From assembly GCA_963663275.1 (NCBI GenBank), contig OY760183.1, forward strand, positions 2,720,001 through 2,784,000: a stretch of 64,000 nt of DNA, in the 5' to 3' direction. The DNA comes from Chloroflexota bacterium. Lineage in GTDB: Bacteria; Chloroflexota; UBA11872; VXOZ01. Positions 9,331 through 18,720 of this stretch are shown here, piece after piece. Position numbers and translations under genes: made by a program. The notes beneath the pieces are model-generated. The model did not search any database and was not told the DNA's origin. It saw only the letters and a list, made by a program, of their open reading frames with translations. Numbering within the stretch: the first letter of the stretch is position 1; every line of letters begins with the position of its first letter.

Positions 9331-10446
9331 CTACGAGGGATTTGCCCGCTCGGAGTGTGAGCGCGCGTGGAGAAGCTGCCGCGCCGCGCGCCAAACCGCT
9401 TCTATCTCACTCTCGCTTGGCGCGCCGCGCCGGTCGGGGTCGAAACGCGCGACGGCGCTTGCCACGCCATATGGTCCATACCGCTCCGGGGAGGTAGGCC
9501 CGAACAGGGCAACGACCGGCGTGCCCACGGCCGCGGCCAAGTGCATAGGCGCCGAATCGTTGCCAATGAAGAGGCTACAGCGCCGCAAGAGCGCGCCAAG
9601 CTGGGCGAACGTCAGCCTGCCGGCCAGGTCCGCCAAGGGCGCGCTCGTTCCACTTTGCACCGCTTCACTGGCAGGCGCGTCGTCAGGCCCGCCAACAAGC
9701 ACTATTCCCGCGCCGGCGTCACCCACCAGACGCTCCGCAAGCGCGGCAAAGCCTTCGCTCGACCATCGTTTGCTAGTGCGCTCCGCGCCGGGGTTGCGGC
9801 CGCCGCCGGCGTGCACCGCCACCAGCGGCTGTTTGTTCGCCAGACCTTTGTCCGCGAGCAAGTTGCCCACTGCCAATTCAGCGGAGGCCTCAGGTTGAAA
9901 GTGCAGGCGCGGCGCTGAAGCCTCGTAGCCAACGGCCCGCAGCACGTCCAGATAAAGCTCCACCTCATGGCGCTCCACGGGGCAGGGCACGCCCACTTGC
10001 AGCGCGACGCCGCGCCCGGCGCTGTTCAGGCCCGCGCGCCAGGGAATGCCGGCCAGGCGCGGCAGCAGCGCCATCAGCGGCGAGCGATCGAGCACGAAGC
10101 AGTGGGTAAACTCCTCTTGCCGCACGCGGGAAACGCACGACCGGTACGCGCCCACGCCGTAACGTCCGGGAAAGCCCACGCTATCGGAGTCAAGCAGGCG
10201 ATCGCAATGAGGATTGCCCGCCAGCGCCTCCTTGGCCCAGGTCGTCACCAGCACGGTGATTTCGGCATCCGGCAGATTGGCGCGCAATGCGGCAAGAAAG
10301 GCCGTGCTCATCAGCACGTCGCCCAAGCTGGCGGGCTTGATCACCAGCACGCGCGGCCGCTCAGTCTCATGAGGCGGCGGCGCGGGTGGTGTGCGCAGCA
10401 GGGGATGCAAGCAGCGAGAGACCAGTTCGATCGGTAACGACTTCAT
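9331..10446 (-). CDS. Glycosyltransferase family 9 (heptosyltransferase-like)
   Basis: SLGDVLM, KRW, GNDSAPMHLAAAVGTPVVALFGPT; start chosen at ATG 10446. Confidence 0.88.
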   Translation of the reverse strand: MKSLPIELVSRCLHPLLRTPPAPPPHETERPRVLVIKPASLGDVLMSTAFLAALRANLPDAEITVLVTTWAKEALAGNPHCDRLLDSDSVGFPGRYGVGAYRSCVSRVRQEEFTHCFVLDRSPLMALLPRLAGIPWRAGLNSAGRGVALQVGVPCPVERHEVELYLDVLRAVGYEASAPRLHFQPEASAELAVGNLLADKGLANKQPLVAVHAGGGRNPGAERTSKRWSSEGFAALAERLVGDAGAGIVLVGGPDDAPASEAVQSGTSAPLADLAGRLTFAQLGALLRRCSLFIGNDSAPMHLAAAVGTPVVALFGPTSPERYGPYGVASAVARFDPDRRGAPSESEIEAVWRAARQLLHARSHSERANPS

Positions 10447-10587
10447 GCGGAAGCGCCTCTCGTCGAATGCTTTGCGCAAGCGGCGGCACGGCAACATCCT
10501 CATCCTAGTCAAGCCGACGCGCAGCGTCCATCGAGCGCCGCCCGCCGTGGTTGCGCCGCGCCGCCGCAAGCCAGTAGCATATCGCAT

Positions 10588-11856
10588 ATGCAGTCCACGC
10601 AACACCCCCACCGCTGGCGGACGACCGTTCGGATTCTCTGGGTCACGCAATTTGCCATCATGGCGGCGTTTAGCTCCAGCCTGACGTTCATCCCGCTCTA
10701 CATCCTCGAACTCGGCATCCCCGATCCGCGTCAGGCGGCGCTGTGGGCGGGAATCGTGGCCGGCGGCGCGGGCCTGAGCATGGCCGTCTTTTCACCGATT
10801 TGGGGCGCTCTTGCCGACCGTTTCGGCAAGAAGCTCATGCTGGAGCGCGCCCTCGTGGGGGCAACGGTCACGCTGTTGCTCATGGGCTTTGCCCAGTCCG
10901 CGCCGCAACTGCTCCTGCTGCGCGTCGTCCAAGGCGCGCTCAGCGGCACCACCACCGCCGTCAGCGCGCTCGTCGCTTCCATTACGCCCCGGGAGCATCT
11001 GGGGCGCGTGTTGGGCACGATGCAAATGTCCATCTTTGCGGGCTCGACCATCGGCCCCTTCGTTGGCGGCGTGCTTGCCGACACCTTGGGCTTCCGCGCG
11101 GCGTTCCTCACCACGAGCGCGATCTGCTTCTGTGCCGGTATTGCGGTCTTCGCGCTGGTTCACGAACCTCGCGGCGAGAAGCAACCGCTCCCGGCCCTGC
11201 GGCTGCCGCAATGGCGCAACCCGCTCGCGAACAGCGCGCTTAGCACCGTTCTGATGCTCGCGCCGGCGATCTTCGTGGTGCAATTCGCCGCGATGGCGGC
11301 GCGGCCGGTCTTTCCGCTCTTCGTTGCCGAAATCGCCGCCAGCGAGTTCCAGGCGACGTTCGGCGGCGTAACCCTGGAAGACTTCGTGGCGACGATTGCC
11401 GGGCTGCTCATCGCCACCACCGGCGTCGTGGCAACGCTCTGCTCGCTGGTAACGGGCCGCTTCATCGACTCCCAGCGCGCCCGCCTGCTCTTGATCGCGG
11501 CGGTGCTGGGCAGCGTGCTGGCAAACGCCGGGCACGCCATCGTCACGTCTCTTGTGCAGCTCTGGCTCATGCGCGTCGTGATGGGCGCGTTCAACGGCGT
11601 GTGGGCGCCGACGTACAGCGCGACCGTGGGCCTCAGCGTGCCGGCCGAGCGCCGGGGCCTGGCCTTCGGCATTGCCTCCAGCGCCTCCTCCCTGGGCAAC
11701 GCCGTGGGGCCGGTGGTCGGCGGCTACATTGGCGCGGTTCTCGGAATCCGCGCCGTCTTCGTCGCCGCGGCCGGCGCGCTCCTGCTGGCCGCGCTCTGGC
11801 TCGTGCTGCGGGTCAAGCCGCCCGCGCCGGAGGAACCGGAAGAACCGGAAGACTGA
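10588..11856 (+). CDS. MFS transporter (MdtG/DHA1-like)
   Basis: WGALADRFGKK motif A; about 12 TM helices. Confidence 0.9.
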   Translation: MQSTQHPHRWRTTVRILWVTQFAIMAAFSSSLTFIPLYILELGIPDPRQAALWAGIVAGGAGLSMAVFSPIWGALADRFGKKLMLERALVGATVTLLLMGFAQSAPQLLLLRVVQGALSGTTTAVSALVASITPREHLGRVLGTMQMSIFAGSTIGPFVGGVLADTLGFRAAFLTTSAICFCAGIAVFALVHEPRGEKQPLPALRLPQWRNPLANSALSTVLMLAPAIFVVQFAAMAARPVFPLFVAEIAASEFQATFGGVTLEDFVATIAGLLIATTGVVATLCSLVTGRFIDSQRARLLLIAAVLGSVLANAGHAIVTSLVQLWLMRVVMGAFNGVWAPTYSATVGLSVPAERRGLAFGIASSASSLGNAVGPVVGGYIGAVLGIRAVFVAAAGALLLAALWLVLRVKPPAPEEPEEPED

Positions 11857-11939
11857 CCAACCAACACTGGCCCCCGCCGGCTTCTTTTCAAACCAGATTT
11901 GCGGCGGACTTGACGTCTCCAATACCTTCGACCAGGCGT

Positions 11940-12575
11940 CTACCGCTCAACGCCTCGCGAGCGCGCCCTTTCTCGCGCCGCCGCCAGTTCTGCCGGCGTG
12001 TTGATGTTGCTGAACGACGCCAAATCGGGATCGAACCGGCGCACTTCAACCGGAGAGACCTCCCGCACGCGCAGCCGCTGCATGAGCCGTCCCAGCCTGA
12101 GTTCGCCGGCCTCCAGCATTTCGCTCGCCGCAGGCAGGCAGCGCCGGTGGTAGACCGTGTGCAGGGTCTCCGGTTCATGCCGCACCAACGGCGCAACGGC
12201 GTCCCACTCATCGGTCGCGCGGTCGATGAGCGCGCGCAGCAGTCGTTCATTCAGAAACGGCATGTCGCACGCCACCGCCAGCGCCAGCGGCGTTGCCGCC
12301 GCCCGCAGGCCGCTCACCAGACCGGTCAGGCTGGATTGCGCCGCCGCCACGTCCGGCACGACGGTGAAACCGGCAAGGTCGGTGCGATTGCCTACAACCA
12401 AGACCGCGTCGCAGAGCGGCGCCAAGACCGCGCAGACGTGATGCAGCAAAGTGGTGTGGCTGTTCTCGTCCGGCCAAGGCAGACGCGCCTTGTCTCGACC
12501 GAGCCGCTTGCCCTTGCCTCCGGCCAGAATCAGACCGGTGACCGCGCGCCCCTTGCCGGCGCGAGACGAATCCAC
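11940..12575 (-). CDS. mobA: Molybdenum cofactor guanylyltransferase
   Basis: LAGGKGKRLGRDKA, CDMPF, NINTP; AAGGAGGAG RBS; adjacent to fdh. Confidence 0.9.
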   Translation of the reverse strand: MDSSRAGKGRAVTGLILAGGKGKRLGRDKARLPWPDENSHTTLLHHVCAVLAPLCDAVLVVGNRTDLAGFTVVPDVAAAQSSLTGLVSGLRAAATPLALAVACDMPFLNERLLRALIDRATDEWDAVAPLVRHEPETLHTVYHRRCLPAASEMLEAGELRLGRLMQRLRVREVSPVEVRRFDPDLASFSNINTPAELAAARERARSRGVER

Positions 12576-12717
12576 GTTGCTCTCCTCCTTTCCACCCGGT
12601 TCATGCTCCGGTTCCTGGAAAAGCGGGCCCGCCGCGAGACGAGCGCACCACCGTTACCAAAGAGAATCCCAGCCCCTTCTTAAAGCCATGCTCAAACAAT
12701 GCACGCGCATTCGTTCC

Positions 12718-12726
12718 TGCTATACT
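12718..12726 (+). promoter_or_regulatory. Extended -10 element upstream of the fdh operon
   Basis: TG-C-TATACT about 50 nt before ATG 12775. Confidence 0.4.
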
Positions 12727-12774
12727 AGTGGCACTGTGCCGGTAAGGAAAGCCGCAGCAAGAGGGTGACAGGAC

Positions 12775-14688
12775 ATGGGCAAACGGAACGCGGTGCGGTT
12801 AACGGAACCGCTGGTGCGAAAAGACGGAGCGCTCCGTCCCGCCACCTGGGATGAGGCGCTCGCGCGTGTGGCCGCGGGCGTGGGCGGCGCGGTAGAGCAG
12901 CGCGGGCCGCGCACGTTCGGCCTCTTCAGTTGCTCGAAAGCCACCAACGAGGTCAACTATCTCGCGCAGAAGTTCACGCGCTCCGTGATCGGCAGCAACA
13001 ACATCGATAGCTGCAACCGCACCTGACACGCTCCCAGCGTCGCCGGTCTGGCGACCGTGTTCGGGCTGGGCGGCGGCACGAGTTCGTACCGCGAAATCGA
13101 AGAGACCAACGTTATCCTGCTCTGGGGATCCAACGCCCGGGATACGCACCCGATCTTCTTCCACCACCTGCTCAAAGGCGTGCACAACGGCGCGCGGCTC
13201 TACGTGATCGACCCCCGCCGCACGAGTTCCGCCCAGTGGGCGGACGTGTGGCTGGGCGTGGACGTGGGCGCCGACATCGCCCTGGCAAACGCTATGGCCC
13301 GCGAAATCATCGCCGCCGGCCTTGCCCACGATGAGTTCATCACCCACGCCACCAGCGGCTTCGACGAGTTCCGGGAGTCCGTGGAGCACTACACGCTCGC
13401 CTATGCCGAGGAAATCACGGGCGTCCCGGCGGAGACGATCCGCGAGACTGCCCACGCCTACGCCACGGCGGAGCGCGCCCAGATTTGCTGGACGCTGGGC
13501 ATCACCGAACACCACAACGCGGTTGACAACGTTCTGGCCATCATCAATCTTGCCTTGCTCACCGGGCACGTGGGTCGCTACGGCTCGGGCCTCAACCCGC
13601 TGCGTGGACAGAACAACGTGCAGGGCAGCGGCGACATGGGATCGCTGCCGGACCGGCTGCCCGGCTTTCAACACGTGGAGAACGACCCCCTGCGGGAGAA
13701 GTTCGAGCGCGTGTGGGGCACGCCCCTGCCGGCCAGGAAGGGCTGGAACCTGAGTGAGATGTTCGACGCCATGGAACGGGGCGAGCTGACCGCGCTCTAC
13801 GTGCTGGGCGAGAATCCGGCCCAGTCGGAGGCGGACCAGCACCGCGCAGTGAGACTGCTGCAAGGCCTCGACGTGCTGGTGGTGCAAGACGTGCTCATGA
13901 ACGCCACCGCCGAACTCGCCGACGTGGTGCTGCCTGCCGCCGCAAGCTGGTGCGAGTCCGAGGGCACCGCCACCAACAGCGAGCGGCGCGTGCAGCGCGT
14001 GCGCCAGGCCATGACTCCCCCGCCGGGCGTGAAAGACGACCTCACGATCCTGTGCGACGTGGCGCGCAGCCTGGGCGGCGACGTGGGCAGTCCGGTAGCG
14101 GAAGAGATTTGGAATGAACTGCGCGGCCTCAGCCCCTTCCACGCCGGCATGAGCTATGCCCGCCTGGAGCGCGAAGGGGGCCTGCAATGGCCCTGTTACG
14201 ACGAGACCCATCCGGGAGAGATATTCCTACACTGCCGCTTGTGGGAACGGCCGGTGCTGGGGCCGCGCGCGCCGTTCTCGCCGGTGGTATTCGATCCGCC
14301 GGTGGAGCGGCTCGACGACGAGTACCCTCTCCGCCTGACCACGGGCCGCCGCCTGGATTCATTCAACACCGGCGTGCAGACGGCCGGCTACACCTCGCCG
14401 CTGCGCCGGGGCGAGACAATCGACCTCTCGCCGGAAGACGGCCAGGTACTCGGCGTTGCCGAAGGCGAGACCGTGCGCGTCTGTTCCCGGCGCGGTTCCG
14501 TGCGGGCGCCGGTGCGCTTCGATTCATCCCTGCGCCCCGGCCTGGCCTTCATGACGCCGCACTTTCCCAACGAGGTGGCGACCAACGAGCTAACTATCGA
14601 CGCCACCGATCCAAAGTCCGGCACCGCCGAGTTCAAGGCGGCGGCAATTCGCGTAGAAAGAATCAAGACGGCCGTCGAACAAGCGTAG
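12775..14688 (+). CDS. fdhF: Selenocysteine-containing formate dehydrogenase catalytic subunit (Mo/W-bis-PGD), lacking the N-terminal 4Fe-4S domain
   Basis: ORFs 12775-13026 and 13057-14688 are in frame across TGA 13024-13026, context NNIDSCNRT-U-HAPSVAGL; RGQNNVQG; C-terminal TTGR dinucleotide-binding domain. Confidence 0.9.
13027..13059 (+). promoter_or_regulatory. Bacterial SECIS element
   Basis: GTCGCC-GGTCT-GGCGAC hairpin starting 12 nt after the UGA, with CACG/CGTG lower stem; loop resembles the E. coli fdhF SECIS. Confidence 0.85.
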
Positions 14689-14724
14689 CCCGCGCCTTCA
14701 CCCGCGCCGCGGTAGAGAGCCGCC

Positions 14725-16602
14725 ATGGATCTACACCTCACCCAGGATACGCCCACGGCTGCGGAGACCGTGGCGGTCGATAGCGTCCTCGGCGCGGCGG
14801 AATCCGGCTGGACGGGCGGCGCGCGGCGAATCGCGCGGGAGGGCCGCGTGGCCGTGGGCGGCCGCGCCGCCAGAGCGCAGCGCCACCTCTTGCTGCCGGT
14901 GCTGCACGCCATTCAGGAGCGTATCGGCTGGATCAGCCCCGGCGCGCTCAACTACGCCTGCCAGCGCCTGACGATACCGCCCACGGAAGCCTACGGCGTG
15001 GCGACCTTCTACGCGCTCTTTTCCGTCCGGCCAAAGCCGCCGCTGGTGGCGCACGTGTGCGACGACGTCGCCTGCATGGCAAACGGCGCGGACGACCTCT
15101 GCGCGGAAATGGCGCGGCGGTTCGGCGCGGCAGGCGGCGCGGACGCAAACGGCGGTATCGCCTGGCAACGCAGCCCGTGCCTGGGCATGTGCGAACGCGC
15201 GCCCGCGGCCATGCTGACAGTGGCGGGCGAGCAACCTGCCACCACCGTGCTCGCGCCCACGGACGCGGCCGCCATCGAGCGTACACTGGCGGCGGAAAGT
15301 CAAAAGTCCGGGAATGGAGCGGTCCCTTCCTCTCCGCGCTCGGTACCGCAGGCGGGCGGCGCCGATCTCAGGCTCTTGCGCCGCGTCGGCCGTATCGACC
15401 CCGACGACCTGGCTAGCTACCGCCACGCCGGCGGCTACGAGGCGTTGGCGCGGGCGCTGGCGCTGGGGCCGGAGCAGGTGGTGCGGGAAGTCAGCGCCTC
15501 CAAGCTCCTGGGGCGCGGCGGCGCCGCCTTTCCCGCAGGTGTAAAGTGGCAGGCCGTCGCGTCCGCCGCGGCCCGGCCGCACTACATGGTCTGCAACGCC
15601 GATGAATCCGAACCGGGCACGTTCAAAGACCGGGTGGTGATGGAAGAAGACCCCTTCGCCGTGGTCGAAGCCATGACGATCGCGGGTATTGCCACCGGCT
15701 GCGAGCAGGGCTATCTCTACCTGCGCGGCGAGTATCCGCTGGCCTTGGCGCGCCTGTCGAACGCCATCGCCCAAGCGCGGGCGGCGGGACTGCTCGGCGC
15801 TTCCGTTCACGGCAGCGAACACGCATTCGACATCGAGATTCGCCGGGGCGCGGGCGCGTACATCTGCGGCGAGGAAACCGCGCTCTTCAACTCGATCGAG
15901 GGCTTTCGCGGCGAGCCCCGCAACAAGCCGCCCTTCCCCACGGAGGTCGGCCTCTTCGGCAAGCCGACTCTGGTCAACAACGTGGAGACGCTGCTCAACG
16001 TGCTCGACGTGGTGCTGGAGGGCGGCGAGGCCTTTGCCGCGCTGGGCACGGAACAGTCAACCGGGACAAAGCTCTTCTGCCTCTCCGGCCACGTGGCGCG
16101 CCCCGGCGTTTACGAGGTTCCGTTCGGCACGGCGCTGGACGCCCTTATCGAACTTGCCGGGGGCGTAGCCGGCAGCGGCAATCTGCAAGCGGTGCTGCTG
16201 GGCGGCGCGGCGGGGACATTCCTGACACCGCACGAACTGGACACGCCGCTGACCTTCGAGGCCACCCGCGCCATTGGCGCGACCCTCGGCTCCGGCGTCG
16301 TCATGCTCTTCGACGACACTGTCGACGTGCGGCGCGTCCTGCTGCGCATCGCCGGGTTCTTCCGCGATGAGTCGTGCGGCCAGTGCGTGCCCTGCCGCGT
16401 GGGCACGGTGCGGCAGGAGGAACTCCTGCACCGGCTGGCGGCGGAACAGACCATTGGCTCCGTGGACGACGAACTGCGCCTCCTCGGTGAAGTCGGGCAA
16501 GCCATGCGCGACGCTTCGATTTGCGGGTTGGGGCAGACCGCGTCGAGCGCGATCGAGTCCGCCGTGGCGCGCATAGAGCAATTCAACGGGAGCAAGCACT
16601 GA
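14725..16602 (+). CDS. NuoE-NuoF fusion (NAD-dependent FDH diaphorase, FdsGB-like)
   Basis: 2Fe-2S CDDVAC...CLGMC; GRGGAAF, NADESEPGTFKD, GAGAYICGEET, ESCGQCVPCR...ICGLG. Confidence 0.93.
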   Translation: MDLHLTQDTPTAAETVAVDSVLGAAESGWTGGARRIAREGRVAVGGRAARAQRHLLLPVLHAIQERIGWISPGALNYACQRLTIPPTEAYGVATFYALFSVRPKPPLVAHVCDDVACMANGADDLCAEMARRFGAAGGADANGGIAWQRSPCLGMCERAPAAMLTVAGEQPATTVLAPTDAAAIERTLAAESQKSGNGAVPSSPRSVPQAGGADLRLLRRVGRIDPDDLASYRHAGGYEALARALALGPEQVVREVSASKLLGRGGAAFPAGVKWQAVASAAARPHYMVCNADESEPGTFKDRVVMEEDPFAVVEAMTIAGIATGCEQGYLYLRGEYPLALARLSNAIAQARAAGLLGASVHGSEHAFDIEIRRGAGAYICGEETALFNSIEGFRGEPRNKPPFPTEVGLFGKPTLVNNVETLLNVLDVVLEGGEAFAALGTEQSTGTKLFCLSGHVARPGVYEVPFGTALDALIELAGGVAGSGNLQAVLLGGAAGTFLTPHELDTPLTFEATRAIGATLGSGVVMLFDDTVDVRRVLLRIAGFFRDESCGQCVPCRVGTVRQEELLHRLAAEQTIGSVDDELRLLGEVGQAMRDASICGLGQTASSAIESAVARIEQFNGSKH

Positions 16603-17609
16603 TGCGCCCTGATTCCGATGAGGCGGCCCTGACGCCCACCTGGCAGTTTCTCAATCCGGTGCCGCGCGGCCCGCTGCCCACGGCGCCCGCGGAAGAGCCG
16701 CCGCCTGAGGTCGAGGTCACGATCGACGGCCAGGAAGCCTCCGTGCCCGCCGGCGCGACGCTCCTGGATGCGGCAAAGAGCCTCGGCATCGAAACGCCGA
16801 CGCTCTGCTACCTGGAGAATCTCACGCCGGTCAACGTCTGCCGCGTCTGCGTGGTGGAGCTTGAAGGCTCGCGCACGCTCGTGCCCGCCTGCTCGCGCAC
16901 AGTGGAGCCGGGAATGCGGGTGCAGACCGACTCGCCCCGGGTGCGCTTGAGCCGCCGCATGGTGCTCGAGTTCCTCGCCTCGTCGGTGGACGTATCGACC
17001 GCGCCGGAACTACTGCAGTACATGGAGCAATATGAGGCGCAACCGGAGCGCTACGGCCCGCCGGGGCCGCCCGCCGCCGCCAACGAACGCGACACCGCCG
17101 TGCCCGGCCATCACGCCGCGCCGGCCGTGGAAACGGCCCAGACGGTCGCGCAGCCGGTGAAGATCGATAACGAACTCTACATCCGCGACTACGCCAAGTG
17201 CATCCTCTGCTACAAATGCGTCGAAGCCTGCGGCGAGGACGCCCAGAATACGTTTGCCATCGCCGTTGCCGGCCGGGGCTTCGACGCGCAGATTTCCACG
17301 GAGTACGCGGTACCCCTGCCGGACTCGGCCTGCGTCTACTGCGGCAACTGCATCGGCGTCTGCCCCACCGGCGCGCTCATGTTCCGCAGCGAGTACGATA
17401 TGCGCGCTACCGGAACCTGGGACGAATCGGCGCAGACCGAGACCGACACGATCTGCTCCTACTGCGGCGTGGGCTGCACCCTGAGCCTGCACATCCAGGA
17501 CAACGAAATCGTGAAGGTTACTTCACCCTTGGATAGCAACGTCACCGAGGGGCATCTCTGCATCAAGGGGCGATTCGGCTGGCAGTTCATGCAGAAACCC
17601 AAGAAGTAG
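16602..17609 (+). CDS. FDH Fe-S subunit: 2Fe-2S, 2x4Fe-4S and C-terminal molybdopterin-enzyme 4Fe-4S domain (N-terminal part of FdsA/NuoG-like)
   Basis: TGATG overlap; PTLC..CRVC..C; CILCYKCVEAC; CVYCGNCIGVCP; TICSYCGVGC...HLCIKGRFG. Confidence 0.9.
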   Translation: MRPDSDEAALTPTWQFLNPVPRGPLPTAPAEEPPPEVEVTIDGQEASVPAGATLLDAAKSLGIETPTLCYLENLTPVNVCRVCVVELEGSRTLVPACSRTVEPGMRVQTDSPRVRLSRRMVLEFLASSVDVSTAPELLQYMEQYEAQPERYGPPGPPAAANERDTAVPGHHAAPAVETAQTVAQPVKIDNELYIRDYAKCILCYKCVEACGEDAQNTFAIAVAGRGFDAQISTEYAVPLPDSACVYCGNCIGVCPTGALMFRSEYDMRATGTWDESAQTETDTICSYCGVGCTLSLHIQDNEIVKVTSPLDSNVTEGHLCIKGRFGWQFMQKPKK

Positions 17610-17620
17610 ACGAGGGAAAA

Positions 17621-17656
17621 CTCCCTCTCCCCCTGGGAGAGGGCCGGGGTGAGGGT
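17621..17656. repeat. CCCTCTCCC..GGGAGAGGG..GGGGTGAGGG palindromic repeat between convergent genes
   Basis: Same family at 60363-60398 and 62030-62158. Confidence 0.7.
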
Positions 17657-17698
17657 AATTCCCAGCAGTTCGGCCCGCAGCCACCGGCTATCGCGCCG

Positions 17699-18574
17699 TT
17701 ACCCAAGGCTCTTCCCTGAGACGATGCGCTCGGCTCCGGTGTAGACGTTCATAGTAGCGGCGCGGAGGAAGCCGATCAGCGTCATGCCCCCCGCCGCCGC
17801 CAACTCCACCGCCAGGCTGGACGGCGCGCCTACCGCCGCCACCACGGGCACGCCCGCCATCAGGCACTTCTGCACGATCTCGAAGCCCGCGCGCCCGCTG
17901 ACGAGCACAACGTAGTCGTCCAGCGGCAGCATCCGGCGGAAGAGCGCCGCCCCAATCATCTTATCCACCGCGTTGTGGCGGCCCACGTCTTCCCGCAGCA
18001 GCGCGAGTTCGCCAGCGGCGTCGAAGAGCCCGGCGGCGTGCAAGGCCCCGGTGCGGTCGAAGGTATCCTGCGCCGCGCGCAGGGTATCCGGCAAGCGATG
18101 AATCGTCTCCGCGCCGACCCGCAGTGCGCTCCGCACCGGCGGCGCCGCCTGCCGCACGGCGTCGATGCTGGCCTTGCCGCAGATGCCGCAACTGGAAGAG
18201 GCCGGAAAGTTGCGCTGCCAGCCGCTCTCCGGCAAGCCGTTCGCGCCCTTGACGTAGGCGAGCACGATGTTGTCCCGCTCTTCCGCGGACTTGCCCGGGC
18301 AATGGCCGACCGAGACCAGGTCCGACGGCGCCGCTATCAGCCGCTCCGTCCACAGGAAACCGGCCGCCAGTTCCTCATCGTGGCCGGGCGTGCGCATGGT
18401 GACCGCGACGCTCTGCCCGTTTACCCGCATCTCCAGCGGTTCCTCACGCGCCAGCACGTCAGGGCATTGCGCCGCGCCCTCGGCAGAGATTTTCGTTACC
18501 TGCCACCCAGCCGTCGGCGCTTGCCGCTCGATGTTCGTCTGTGCCACCGGCCATCCGCTCCCCGCGCGCGACAT
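17699..18574 (-). CDS. fdhD: Formate dehydrogenase sulfurtransferase
   Basis: MRTPG, SSCGICG, TGALHAA, EDVGRHNAVDK. Confidence 0.93.
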   Translation of the reverse strand: MSRAGSGWPVAQTNIERQAPTAGWQVTKISAEGAAQCPDVLAREEPLEMRVNGQSVAVTMRTPGHDEELAAGFLWTERLIAAPSDLVSVGHCPGKSAEERDNIVLAYVKGANGLPESGWQRNFPASSSCGICGKASIDAVRQAAPPVRSALRVGAETIHRLPDTLRAAQDTFDRTGALHAAGLFDAAGELALLREDVGRHNAVDKMIGAALFRRMLPLDDYVVLVSGRAGFEIVQKCLMAGVPVVAAVGAPSSLAVELAAAGGMTLIGFLRAATMNVYTGAERIVSGKSLG

Positions 18575-18720
18575 ATACCTCTCGCATAGAGTCCGGCGCG
18601 CGCTTGCCAATACACTACCGCATACTCCGCAGGCGTGCTACCCCGATGTGGTATGCTGCCACCGGCGCGGCAAGGCGACTATCGGCTCAATGCGTACGGC
18701 TCGTGGCAAAGGACGAAAAC

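Noticed and set aside
12775-13026. 83-aa ORF or fdh pseudogene
   Set aside because: The stop is at the catalytic Sec position and is followed by a SECIS, so it is read as one recoded gene
12799-14211. Long antisense ORFs (also 25343-26986, 31136-32401, 39479-40774, 47123-48691)
   Set aside because: Shadow frames of well-supported high-GC genes on the opposite strand
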